DNA from: Nitrospirota bacterium
GTDB lineage: Bacteria; Nitrospirota; Thermodesulfovibrionia; UBA6902
Length of the DNA stretch: 52,960 nt
NCBI GenBank assembly: GCA_040758255.1
Contig: JBFLVX010000002.1
Coordinates: forward strand, 1 to 52,960
Direction: 5' to 3'
In this document: positions 25,901 to 34,760 of the stretch, in pieces
Layout of the letters: every line of letters starts with the position of its first letter
How positions within the stretch are numbered: position 1 is the first letter of the stretch
The notes under the pieces: generated by a model
Told to the model about the DNA's origin: nothing
The model's input: only the letters and a program-made list of their open reading frames with translations
Databases searched by the model: none
Position numbers and translations under genes: made by a program

Positions 25901-26148
25901 CGATATTTTTCCTCAAGATGCTTTCTGTATTCTGCCAGCGGCTTCTTTATGCCTGCGCGGGATGAAAGGACGCCGGATATTGCCGACAACACCGGTGATT
26001 CCGGTGTCTTAGTTTCTTTACGTGCCGCAAGAGACCTGAAATAATCCTCCACTATGCGTGACAGGCTGACACCTTTGGCGCGTGCTGTCTTCTTTGCCCT
26101 ATTAATAAGTTCATCATCCAACCTCAGAGTAAGTTTTGTAGCCATCAC
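25897..26148 (-). CDS. ribbon-helix-helix type antitoxin
   Basis: TKLTLRLDDELINRAKKTARAKGVSLSRIVEDYFRSL is a typical RHH N-terminus. Confidence 0.7.
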   Translation of the reverse strand: MMATKLTLRLDDELINRAKKTARAKGVSLSRIVEDYFRSLAARKETKTPESPVLSAISGVLSSRAGIKKPLAEYRKHLEEKYR

Positions 26149-26158
26149 ATCCTCCTTT

Positions 26159-26187
26159 GACGTATTTATTTTAATATTCTATACGTC
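26159..26187. promoter_or_regulatory. inverted repeat GACGTAT-N15-ATACGTC upstream of the second vapBC; candidate operator
   Basis: Read directly from the sequence. Lies 11-39 bp upstream of the antitoxin start. Confidence 0.3.
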
Positions 26188-26308
26188 TGATGTCAAGGAC
26201 TTCCCTGGCCTCAAAATAACAGCTATACCGAAAAATGCAGATATTGCTCAAAATAAACTTCGCTGATCTGTTTGATATTGCAAGCCTGTTACAATTATAC
26301 TTTTAAAG

Positions 26309-27292
26309 ATGATTTCAATCGTTATCCCCACATATAACGCCGCAAGGTTTATCCCGGATCTTCTTGGCTCTATATTCAAACAGGCTATTGATGATATGGA
26401 GGTTATAATAGTGGATGACCGCTCGACTGACAATACTGTCGAGCTTGCGAGGCAATCCCCTGTCAGGCTAATAGAGATGGAGCGAAACGGCGGCCCGGCA
26501 AAGGCGAGGAATAGAGGGGTGAGGGAGGCCAAGGGAGAGATAATATTCTTTCTTGACTCTGACGTGGTTGTATTGAACGGGACTCTCACGGCGGTTAAGG
26601 ATTATTTTGAGAAGAACCCGTCAGCAAAATGCGTAATAGGCATATGCGACACAGAGTCATTGAATAAGGGTTTTGTGCCGCACTACATGGCTATGTTTGA
26701 GTATATACATCTTATCGGAACGCCAGAAAAGAAGGTAAGCGTATTCGCTCCGAGATGCGGAGCTATGAAGAAGGACTTCTTCCTTGAGATAGGCGGGTAC
26801 AATGAATCGTATAAAGGAGCGGATGTCGAGGATTTTGAGCTTGCAAGAAGGGTGAACAGGACCGACCCCATAATCCTTAATGAAAAGATGCTCGTAAGGC
26901 ACAAGTTCGCTACCTTTAAACAGGCGGTTCGCAACTACTTTAAACGCACGGTGATGTGGGTGCACCTATTTTTCAAGGAGAAGAAGCTTGACAATGCCGG
27001 GCCTACGGCGCCGAGCAACGGCATAGCCGCCCTCTGCGCATTTGCCAGCTTCATGCTTTTATTTCTTATGCCGTGTGTGCCTGTTTTGAAGAATGCTGTT
27101 ATATTCCTCTTATTAATCTTCTTCTTTGCTAATCTAAAGTGGTGGAACTTTATGCGGAAGGAAGCCGGGCTTTTATTTGCGGTCAGGGCGCTCTTTTTAA
27201 ATTATTTTCTCGGCATCGTAATTATGTTTGCGGCAATGTACGGGGTATTGAGTTATCCTTTTTCCAAAAAAGGACTGGCAGCAACTAATTAA
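26309..27292 (+). CDS. family 2 glycosyltransferase with a C-terminal membrane region
   Basis: ISIVIPTYNAARFI, VDDRSTD and FLDSDV (DxD) motifs. The C-terminus contains TM helices. Confidence 0.85.
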   Translation: MISIVIPTYNAARFIPDLLGSIFKQAIDDMEVIIVDDRSTDNTVELARQSPVRLIEMERNGGPAKARNRGVREAKGEIIFFLDSDVVVLNGTLTAVKDYFEKNPSAKCVIGICDTESLNKGFVPHYMAMFEYIHLIGTPEKKVSVFAPRCGAMKKDFFLEIGGYNESYKGADVEDFELARRVNRTDPIILNEKMLVRHKFATFKQAVRNYFKRTVMWVHLFFKEKKLDNAGPTAPSNGIAALCAFASFMLLFLMPCVPVLKNAVIFLLLIFFFANLKWWNFMRKEAGLLFAVRALFLNYFLGIVIMFAAMYGVLSYPFSKKGLAATN

Positions 27293-27296
27293 TAAT

Positions 27297-28763
27297 ATGA
27301 ATAAAAACCTTATCGTCTTATCATACGCAAACGCAAGCCCATTCCCTTATCACGCGTGGACTCCTCTTGCCATCCTTTCTCTGGGCTCTTACCTTGAGCA
27401 GCATGGCATTGAAGTTGAGTACTTTGACGAGAGGATACATAAAATGGAGCGGTTCAAAGAGCTTGTAAAGAGGAAGCCGCTTCTTCTTGGGCTTTCCACA
27501 ATGACCTGCTTCCAGATAAAGAATACCATCAGGCTGGCAAAGCTTGCGAGAAAGATAGACCCAGACATCCCTCTTGTCTGGGGCGGCACGCATCCCTCAA
27601 TGATGGCTGAGCAGACGCTTGAGTCTGAGATGGTTGACTTCGTTGTAAAGGGAGAGGGGGAACAGACGCTCCTTGAGCTTGTAAAAGCTCTGCAGGAGGG
27701 AAAGACTGACTTTAGCGGAATAGACGGCCTCGGCTGGAAATTAGACAGGAAGATAACATTAAACAGAGACCGCGACTTTCTGGATATAGAGAACCTGCCT
27801 TTTCCTTATGAAGGCAAAGGGAAAGAGATACTGCTTGAGTATATAAGAAGGTCGGGAGACACGCTTGAAAATATCGGTTATGAATCTTCAAGAGGCTGCC
27901 CGCATAAATGCGGTTTCTGCTATAACGTCTATTTCCATAAAAACGTATGCAGGGTAAAGAGCCTGGAGAAGATAAGAACCGAACTGCTTAAGCTTAAAGA
28001 GCTTGGCGTCAACAAGATGACCTTTTATGACGATACCTTCCTCGCAGGAAGGAAAGATGTGATGGTCAACATAGTTGAGCTTCTTAAGGAACTTGACTTT
28101 AAATGGATTGCAAATGTGAGGATAAATACTTTCACGCCCGAACTTCTGAAAAAATTCAAAGAAGGCGGATGTGTATACCTCTTCTTCGGCGTTGAGTCGC
28201 CTGATGATGATGTCCTGAAATTCATCAGAAAGGGACAGAACCGGCGCATGATAGATGAAGGCATCAAGGTAATTTCGCAGGGCAATATTCCGACCCTATA
28301 CTCACTTTTAATAGGACTGCCCGGAGAGACAGAGGAGCAGATGAACAGGACCCTGGACTTTGCCGATGAGCTACGCAGGAGACATCCCGGAGCAGAGGTA
28401 CCTATCCAGCCCTACGTGCCGCTTCCCGGGACTTTAATGTATGAAGAGGCCCTTAAGTTAGGGTTTAAAGCCCCGACACATCTTGAGGGGTGGAAGAACT
28501 TTACAAATGATGAGGTCAAAAATCCGTGGATAAAAAACCCCGGACTTTTACATGCGATCTACATCAATTCTTTTCTCGCGTTCCGCTATGACAGATTTCT
28601 TAAGAACTTCTGGAGCAGGATTGTATTTGGCCCTTTGCACAAGCTTTCCCTCTGGAGATGGAAACACAGGAACTATAACTTCTTTATTGAGATATATATG
28701 TATCTGACATACAAACGCCTCGGAAGGTTCTTCATCATGCTGGAGAAGATGATAAAGAATTAA
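27297..28763 (+). CDS. B12-binding-domain radical SAM protein
   Basis: N-terminal cobalamin-binding-like domain and the radical SAM cluster CPHKCGFC. Confidence 0.85.
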   Translation: MNKNLIVLSYANASPFPYHAWTPLAILSLGSYLEQHGIEVEYFDERIHKMERFKELVKRKPLLLGLSTMTCFQIKNTIRLAKLARKIDPDIPLVWGGTHPSMMAEQTLESEMVDFVVKGEGEQTLLELVKALQEGKTDFSGIDGLGWKLDRKITLNRDRDFLDIENLPFPYEGKGKEILLEYIRRSGDTLENIGYESSRGCPHKCGFCYNVYFHKNVCRVKSLEKIRTELLKLKELGVNKMTFYDDTFLAGRKDVMVNIVELLKELDFKWIANVRINTFTPELLKKFKEGGCVYLFFGVESPDDDVLKFIRKGQNRRMIDEGIKVISQGNIPTLYSLLIGLPGETEEQMNRTLDFADELRRRHPGAEVPIQPYVPLPGTLMYEEALKLGFKAPTHLEGWKNFTNDEVKNPWIKNPGLLHAIYINSFLAFRYDRFLKNFWSRIVFGPLHKLSLWRWKHRNYNFFIEIYMYLTYKRLGRFFIMLEKMIKN

Positions 28764-28787
28764 ACTTTTCTGAAATGAGTTAATGTT

Positions 28788-30509
28788 ATGCCTAACATCT
28801 CAATCCTTCCCGATATTCTCATCAATAAAATCGCCGCTGGCGAGGTCATTGAACGACCCGCGTCAGTTGTAAGGGAATTGCTCGACAACTCCATAGACTC
28901 CGGGGCTGCCCGTATTGAAATTGAGATCCTTCATGGCGGGAAGAAGCTGATGAAGGTATCTGATGACGGCTGCGGCATGAACAGGGATGATGCCCTGCTC
29001 TGTTTTGAGAGGCACGCTACAAGCAAGATAAGATCAGAGGAAGACCTCTTCAACATAACCTCGCTCGGGTTCAGGGGAGAGGCGCTTGCCGCCATCGCCT
29101 CAGTTTCAAAGGTAACGTTGAGCACATGCGCTATTGGTTCCGGCGCGGGAACAAAGATAGAGATAGGTGTAAATCATAAAAAAGATACATCAGACGCGCC
29201 GCCTTCAGCAGGTACAACCATTGAAGTTAGGGATATCTTTTACAATACTCCGGCAAGAAGAAAGTTTTTAAAGAGTAATCCCACGGAGCTTTCCCATATC
29301 ATTGAAACCGTCATGCAGAAGGCGTTTGCCTATCCAGCAATCGGATTTACCCTCACCCACAATAACGGGGAACTCATAAATGCCCCGTCCGCAACGACCC
29401 TTGAAGAGAGGTTTGCCCAGCTTTACGGCGAGGAACTTTCGGAAGAGTTTATCAGAGTTGGAATAGAGGAGAGAGGGTTAAAGATCTATGGATTTGTCTC
29501 CAAGCCTGATTTCACTCGTGCGGGGCGGAGCCAGCAGGTCATATTTGTAAATAAGCGCCCTGTGAAGAATCCCACGGTCAATCATGCGGTATACAGCGCT
29601 TATGATACGATGATAGCAAGAGACAGACACCCTGCCTATTTCCTCTTTCTTGATATTGACGGGAGGAAGGTTGATGTAAATGTTCATCCCGCAAAGCGCG
29701 AGGTGAGGTTTGAAAAGCCTGATGAAATTCACACGATGGTTAGGGCGGCTGTTTATAAAGCATTAAACCCCGGCGCTGATTTAAGCATTATGACATCTGA
29801 AGTCTCTTATGCAGGATTCAGGAATATATCTCGACCTTTTTCAGCTTCCTTTGATAATCCTGTTGTCAGCGAGCGATCAGCAGACATCTTGCCGATTTCG
29901 CAGACGGACTTTTTCTCTTCAAGTATTGGACAGAATGTACAGCCGTTTTTTTACGTCGGAGAATCATTCTTTGCAACGGTCACAAATGACGGTTTGCTCA
30001 TTATAGATCAGCACGCGGCACATGAAAGAATTCAGTACGAAAAGTTCCTTAAGAAGACCTCTCTTGAAACCGAGCCGCTTTTTCTCCCTTTAAGAATAGA
30101 ATTGCCAGTCAAAGAGTACAGGCTTGTATTGCATCATAAGGATCTCCTCAACAGTCTTGGACTTGATATTGGGGATTTCGGCGAAAATAATGTTATCGTC
30201 AGGTCTTTGCCAAGAGAACTGTCCAAGGCAGATATGAAAGGACTTCTCATGGATGTTGCCGCAGGCATTTTGGAAGAAGAGACAAGCGGCATAAAAGATA
30301 CGACAGAGGCATCGCTTCTGAAGAACATCGCGGCGCGCCTTGCGTGTCATAAGTCAGTCAGGGGAAGCGAACAACTCACCAACGAGGAGCTTTCAAAGAT
30401 GATGACCGACCTTGAGAAATGCGACGAGCCCGGCAGATGCCCTCACGGCAGGCCGACAAGGATTCATCTTACGCTCGATGATCTGAGGAAGATGTTTAAG
30501 AGAACGTAA
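28788..30509 (+). CDS. mutL: DNA mismatch repair protein MutL
   Basis: IAAGEVIERPASVVRELLDNSIDSGA at the N-terminus, the GHKL ATPase motif DDGCGM, and GFRGEAL. Confidence 0.9.
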   Translation: MPNISILPDILINKIAAGEVIERPASVVRELLDNSIDSGAARIEIEILHGGKKLMKVSDDGCGMNRDDALLCFERHATSKIRSEEDLFNITSLGFRGEALAAIASVSKVTLSTCAIGSGAGTKIEIGVNHKKDTSDAPPSAGTTIEVRDIFYNTPARRKFLKSNPTELSHIIETVMQKAFAYPAIGFTLTHNNGELINAPSATTLEERFAQLYGEELSEEFIRVGIEERGLKIYGFVSKPDFTRAGRSQQVIFVNKRPVKNPTVNHAVYSAYDTMIARDRHPAYFLFLDIDGRKVDVNVHPAKREVRFEKPDEIHTMVRAAVYKALNPGADLSIMTSEVSYAGFRNISRPFSASFDNPVVSERSADILPISQTDFFSSSIGQNVQPFFYVGESFFATVTNDGLLIIDQHAAHERIQYEKFLKKTSLETEPLFLPLRIELPVKEYRLVLHHKDLLNSLGLDIGDFGENNVIVRSLPRELSKADMKGLLMDVAAGILEEETSGIKDTTEASLLKNIAARLACHKSVRGSEQLTNEELSKMMTDLEKCDEPGRCPHGRPTRIHLTLDDLRKMFKRT

Positions 30510-30522
30510 AAATACTTACCTA

Positions 30523-31464
30523 ATGACTTCCCTAAATCATAAGCCCGTCATCATCATTCTCGGCCCCACAGCCGTCGGCAAGACAGGCGCCTCAATCCTT
30601 ATTGCTAAGGCGCTGAAGACGGAGATTATCAGCGCGGATTCGATGCAGATTTACAGACATATGGACATCGGCACTGCCAAACCGTCTTCAGATGATCTGA
30701 AAGAAGTTAAGCATCACCTTATTGATATTCTTACTCCCGGTGAATCCTTCAGCGCCGGGCTTTTCAGGGACAATGCTGTAAAAGTCATCAACGAACTTCA
30801 CCAAAGAAATAAAATCCCTCTGATCGTCGGCGGCACAGGTCTATATATAAAAACGCTCACAAGGGGGTTATTTGAAGGGCCATCCGCGGACTGGAAATTG
30901 AGGGATGAATTAATGGATGCGGAGCGTTCGCAAGGCAAGGGCCATCTCTATGAATACCTTAAAAGGCTTGATCCTGAGGCTGCAAAAAAGATAGAACCAA
31001 ATGATGTGAGAAGGATCATCAGGGCGCTTGAGGTATCGCTTAAGGATAACAGGATATCAGATTACCAAAAGAGTGCTACAAAACCCGCGCCGTATAATTT
31101 CATCAAGATAGGCCTTACGCGTGAGAGAAAAGAACTCTACCGGCTGATTGATGAGCGGGTTAATAAGATGATGCATGACGGTTTGCTTGAAGAGACCAAG
31201 AGGTTATTTAAACTGAATCCGTCCGCAACAGCTTTGCAGTCACTCGGATATAAAGAGATTGGCAGTTATATTGCCGGAGAAGTGTCTCTTGATGAAGCCG
31301 TTGAACTGATAAAAAAGCGGACGAGGAATTACGCAAAGAGGCAGATGACATGGTTCAGAAAAGAGCCTGATATAAACTGGGTTGAGGTGACAGGCATTAT
31401 GGATGAGGAGAAAATACTTGCGAAAGTATTGAATGAGGTTGAAATTATAAAGGAATTGATTTAG
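30523..31464 (+). CDS. miaA: tRNA dimethylallyltransferase MiaA
   Basis: P-loop GPTAVGKT, ISADSMQIYRHMDIGTAKP and GGTGLY. Confidence 0.9.
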   Translation: MTSLNHKPVIIILGPTAVGKTGASILIAKALKTEIISADSMQIYRHMDIGTAKPSSDDLKEVKHHLIDILTPGESFSAGLFRDNAVKVINELHQRNKIPLIVGGTGLYIKTLTRGLFEGPSADWKLRDELMDAERSQGKGHLYEYLKRLDPEAAKKIEPNDVRRIIRALEVSLKDNRISDYQKSATKPAPYNFIKIGLTRERKELYRLIDERVNKMMHDGLLEETKRLFKLNPSATALQSLGYKEIGSYIAGEVSLDEAVELIKKRTRNYAKRQMTWFRKEPDINWVEVTGIMDEEKILAKVLNEVEIIKELI

Positions 31465-31529
31465 TCTTAACTATAGCCGGTTGATATAAGTTTCCATAAA
31501 AAAAAGCAACTAAAAAAGGAGAGACTTTC

Positions 31530-31772
31530 ATGAGCGGCAAGAACCTCAATATTCAGGATATCTATCTCAATTTCTTAAGGAAAGAGAAAATCCCGGTTGT
31601 TGTTTACCTTGTAAGCGGCGCGCGTTTAAAGGGGGTAATAAAGGGGTTTGATAATTTCGTGGTCATATTGAAACAGAATGTTCAGCAGCTCATATACAAA
31701 CACGCCATCTCAACCATTTCGCCTGAAACAGAGGTGGATATCAGACTTGAGGGCGTTTCAGAAGAATCTTAA
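31530..31772 (+). CDS. hfq: RNA chaperone Hfq
   Basis: Sm motifs [24 protein letters not shown] and [10 protein letters not shown]. The mutL-miaA-hfq order is conserved. Confidence 0.9.
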   Translation: MSGKNLNIQDIYLNFLRKEKIPVVVYLVSGARLKGVIKGFDNFVVILKQNVQQLIYKHAISTISPETEVDIRLEGVSEES

Positions 31773-31788
31773 CCCGAAAATTGCAATT

Positions 31789-31984
31789 AACCACAGAGAA
31801 CGCAGAGGAAAAATATTGATAGTAAAAGAAGAATAGCCAGTTTTTAATGATTTTCTCTGTGCACTTTTTTATGCAAGGTTAAAGTTGGATTATTTCCCAA
31901 AAATATAAGAGAAGAACACAGAGAATTGCTTGGTAATAAAGGTTTTTTTAAAAAATCAAAAATGTCTCTGTGAACTCTGTGGTT
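31789..31984. repeat. nested inverted copies of a CACAGAGAA-type repeat downstream of hfq
   Basis: The outer arms are 31789-31808 and 31965-31984. The inner arms are 31853-31864 and 31914-31925. A related copy lies at 44605-44620. Confidence 0.5.
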
Positions 31985-32010
31985 TTATTTAAATGCAGAT
32001 ATTGGATTAA

Positions 32011-32412
32011 ATGAAACCTCAGCCTCGGAATCCGTTCCTCACAGTTGACGCATTGATTGAGATTGACAACGGCATTATCTTGATCAAAAGAAAGAACCCT
32101 CCGCCCGGCTGGGCGATTCCGGGAGGATTTGTTGACTACGGCGAAACCATTGAGGATGCTGTTATCAGGGAGGCAAAGGAAGAGACCGGCCTTGATATCA
32201 ATCTTGTGAGGCAATTCCACACATACTCAGACCCGAAAAGAGACCCTCGCCACCATACAGTCTCCACAATATTTATAGCGACAGCCTCCGGCAATCCGGT
32301 CGCGGCAGATGATGCCCTGGAAGTTAAAATATTTACGAGAGAGAACCTTCCTGAAGAGATTGCCTTTGATCACCGAATAATACTTGAGGATTATTTCAGC
32401 GGAAAGTACTGA
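32011..32412 (+). CDS. NUDIX hydrolase
   Basis: NUDIX box [24 protein letters not shown]. Confidence 0.85.
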   Translation: MKPQPRNPFLTVDALIEIDNGIILIKRKNPPPGWAIPGGFVDYGETIEDAVIREAKEETGLDINLVRQFHTYSDPKRDPRHHTVSTIFIATASGNPVAADDALEVKIFTRENLPEEIAFDHRIILEDYFSGKY

Positions 32413-32434
32413 TTAGCTCAAGGCACTCAAGTAA

Positions 32435-32452
32435 AACATCAATATTGATGTT
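32435..32452. promoter_or_regulatory. 18-bp perfect palindrome AACATCAATATTGATGTT; candidate operator of the RelE/XRE module
   Basis: Self-complementary sequence ending 9 bp upstream of the toxin ATG. Confidence 0.4.
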
Positions 32453-32461
32453 GACATAACT

Positions 32462-32815
32462 ATGATCTTTACCGTAGAATTTTATGAGACAGAGGCCGGA
32501 GCATGTCCCGTACGGGAGTTTCTGGATAAGCTGAAGGTCACCGATCCGGATGACTTTGCTGCTGTTGTTGCCGGGTTGTCGAAACTGAGGAATCGCCTGT
32601 ATCACCGGGAGCCTTTGGCAAAAGCAATCGGTAACGGGCTTTTTGAGTTGCGCCACATAGGCAAGCTCAATACCCGTGTGCTTTGGTTTTTTGTCAGGAA
32701 CCGGCGGATTGTCGCAGTGCACGCCATTCGCAACAAAGGTCAAGCAATCTCAGCCCGTGACATGGGAACCGCAAGGGAAAGGATGCGCGACTGGCTAAAG
32801 AGAGAAAAAACATGA
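32462..32815 (+). CDS. RelE/ParE-superfamily toxin (HigB / phage Gp49-like)
   Basis: 117 aa. The GNGLFELRH...RVLWFF...IVAVHAIRNKG pattern matches this family. The toxin-first order with an XRE partner is HigBA-like. 4-nt overlap with the next gene. Confidence 0.7.
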   Translation: MIFTVEFYETEAGACPVREFLDKLKVTDPDDFAAVVAGLSKLRNRLYHREPLAKAIGNGLFELRHIGKLNTRVLWFFVRNRRIVAVHAIRNKGQAISARDMGTARERMRDWLKREKT

Positions 32816-33174
32816 AAAAAACGAATTTTGACCATTACCTTGATGAACAACTGAAAGACACGGCGTTTGCGGCGCGCTTCAAACGTGCGGGCGAGGCCTG
32901 GGACGTTGCGCTTCAGATTGCGGCCCTTCGGCAGGAATCGGGGCTTTCTCAGAAAGAGCTTGCAAAGCTCCTCAAAACATCTCAGCAGCAGATCAGCCGT
33001 TTGGAGTCGCCGGGTTATGAAGGACACTCACTCAGCATGCTGCGCCGGGTGGCCGAGGCACTGAATGCCCGCGTCCGCGTGACGTTTGAGCCGGAGGAAA
33101 AAGGAAGCAACATGCGCGTGGCTGAAGAGTCGGCAGTGTACGGCGCAAAGCGGAGCACGACAAAAAAAAGATGA
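32812..33174 (+). CDS. XRE-family HTH antitoxin
   Basis: LRQESGLSQKELAKLLKTSQQQISRLE is a classic XRE helix-turn-helix. Confidence 0.8.
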   Translation: MKKTNFDHYLDEQLKDTAFAARFKRAGEAWDVALQIAALRQESGLSQKELAKLLKTSQQQISRLESPGYEGHSLSMLRRVAEALNARVRVTFEPEEKGSNMRVAEESAVYGAKRSTTKKR

Positions 33175-33329
33175 GTGCCAGGGCAAAAATAACACATACA
33201 GCCTATTGTACACATTGTCGTGCAGTAGCCAATCTGCGCGTATCATTTTCTCCGAGAATTGTCAGTGAACCGGGCGGTAAGGAGAAAATAGTTTTTTCAA
33301 GAACGTATCATTGTGAATCCTGCGGATAG
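33171..33329 (+). CDS. 52-aa zinc-ribbon-like small ORF, below the ORF-track cutoff
   Basis: My translation is MSARAKITHTAYCTHCRAVANLRVSFSPRIVSEPGGKEKIVFSRTYHCESCG*. It has two CxxC pairs. Its ATG overlaps the antitoxin stop (ATGA). Confidence 0.35.
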   Translation: MSARAKITHTAYCTHCRAVANLRVSFSPRIVSEPGGKEKIVFSRTYHCESCG

Positions 33330-33331
33330 TC

Positions 33332-33379
33332 TTTGACCACCGGAAGATACTTGAGGATTATTTTAACAAGAGGTATTAA
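33332..33379 (+). pseudogene. displaced duplicate of the NUDIX gene 3' end
   Basis: It translates as FDHRKILEDYFNKRY*, against the resident [15 protein letters not shown] at 32365-32412. Confidence 0.6.
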
Positions 33380-33503
33380 ACAGAATTAAATCCAGCAGCG
33401 ATATCGCTTCTGTAAAGAGTTATAATTTTTTGGAGATGGGAGAAAAAAAGAAGCGTCTCTTAACAAATGCACGACTGATATATAATGGTGCATCCTGTGA
33501 AAA

Positions 33504-34760
33504 ATGATAAAATTTATCCACACCGCAGACATTCACCTTGACAGCCCGCTACAGAGACTTAGCCGATATGAAGGCGCTCCAGTTGAACAGATTCGCAACG
33601 CTACCCGGCATGCTTTTGAAAATCTTGTCCATCTTGCAATCTCCGAACAGGTTAAATTTGTACTGATTGCCGGTGACCTTTATGACGGAGACTGGCGTTG
33701 CTATAACACTGGGCTGTTTTTTTCAGGAGAGATGGGGAAGCTCCGAAGAGAAGGAATAAGGGTATTTATTGTTTCAGGGAACCACGATGCCGAGAGTAAA
33801 ATTACAAAAAGCCTGAGACTGCCGGAAAACGTTAAGATCTTTTCTACAAAGAAGCCGGAAACCTTGCGTCTCGACGATCTCGGGATTGCTGTTCACGGTC
33901 AGGGATTTCATCAGCCGGCAGTTATGGAAGATATAGCTTCAAAATATCCTGACGGTATTTCCGGTTATTTCAATATCGGTATTCTCCATACAAGTTTAAC
34001 CGGACGGGAGGGACATGAACCTTACGCTCCGTGTCAGGTTGAGACCTTACTTTCAAAACATTACGATTATTGGGCGCTCGGACACGTACACAATAGAGAA
34101 GTGCTTCATGAAGACCCCTGGATAATCTTTCCGGGGAATATTCAGGGAAGGTACATACGTGAGACAGGCCCAAAAGGATGCACTCTTGTGACTGTTGATG
34201 ACGGTATGGTAGTAGCTGCGGAACATCAGGAACTTGACGTATTGAGATGGGAGCTTACCAGGATAGATGCTTCCGATGCTCCAACCATTGAAGCCGTCCT
34301 CGAAAAGATTAGTGAGGCGCTATCAACCCAGCATGAACAAAACGCTGGGAAACCCATGGCAGCACGAATACTTATCTCAGGGTCATGCAAGGCACACGAG
34401 GGGATTGCTAACGATACCACGCAATTAATTAATCAGATCAGGGCAAATGCAACCGATCTCAGCGGAGGCATGATATGGGTTGAAAAAGTCCTCTTTCAGA
34501 CGAAACCGCAATTCGATCCTGATAAGATACAAGGTCCCATCCATGATCTAATTCAGTACATCCATAAAATTGAAGCGGAAGACCTCTTTTCAAAATACCT
34601 CAAGGATGACTATTCAAAGCTTAAAGCAAAGCTCCCCAGAGAGCTTTTTAAAGGAGATGACGCCTTTGATCTTGAGTCTTCCGAAAAGGCAAAGGCATTA
34701 CTTGAAGACGCAAAGAACTTGCTGACCTCCCTGCTTCTCTCAGGAGGTCCACAGAGTTGA
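33504..34760 (+). CDS. SbcD/Mre11-family metallophosphoesterase (YhaO-like DNA repair exonuclease)
   Basis: FIHTADIHLD, GDLYD, GNHD and GHVH calcineurin-like motifs. Confidence 0.8.
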   Translation: MIKFIHTADIHLDSPLQRLSRYEGAPVEQIRNATRHAFENLVHLAISEQVKFVLIAGDLYDGDWRCYNTGLFFSGEMGKLRREGIRVFIVSGNHDAESKITKSLRLPENVKIFSTKKPETLRLDDLGIAVHGQGFHQPAVMEDIASKYPDGISGYFNIGILHTSLTGREGHEPYAPCQVETLLSKHYDYWALGHVHNREVLHEDPWIIFPGNIQGRYIRETGPKGCTLVTVDDGMVVAAEHQELDVLRWELTRIDASDAPTIEAVLEKISEALSTQHEQNAGKPMAARILISGSCKAHEGIANDTTQLINQIRANATDLSGGMIWVEKVLFQTKPQFDPDKIQGPIHDLIQYIHKIEAEDLFSKYLKDDYSKLKAKLPRELFKGDDAFDLESSEKAKALLEDAKNLLTSLLLSGGPQS

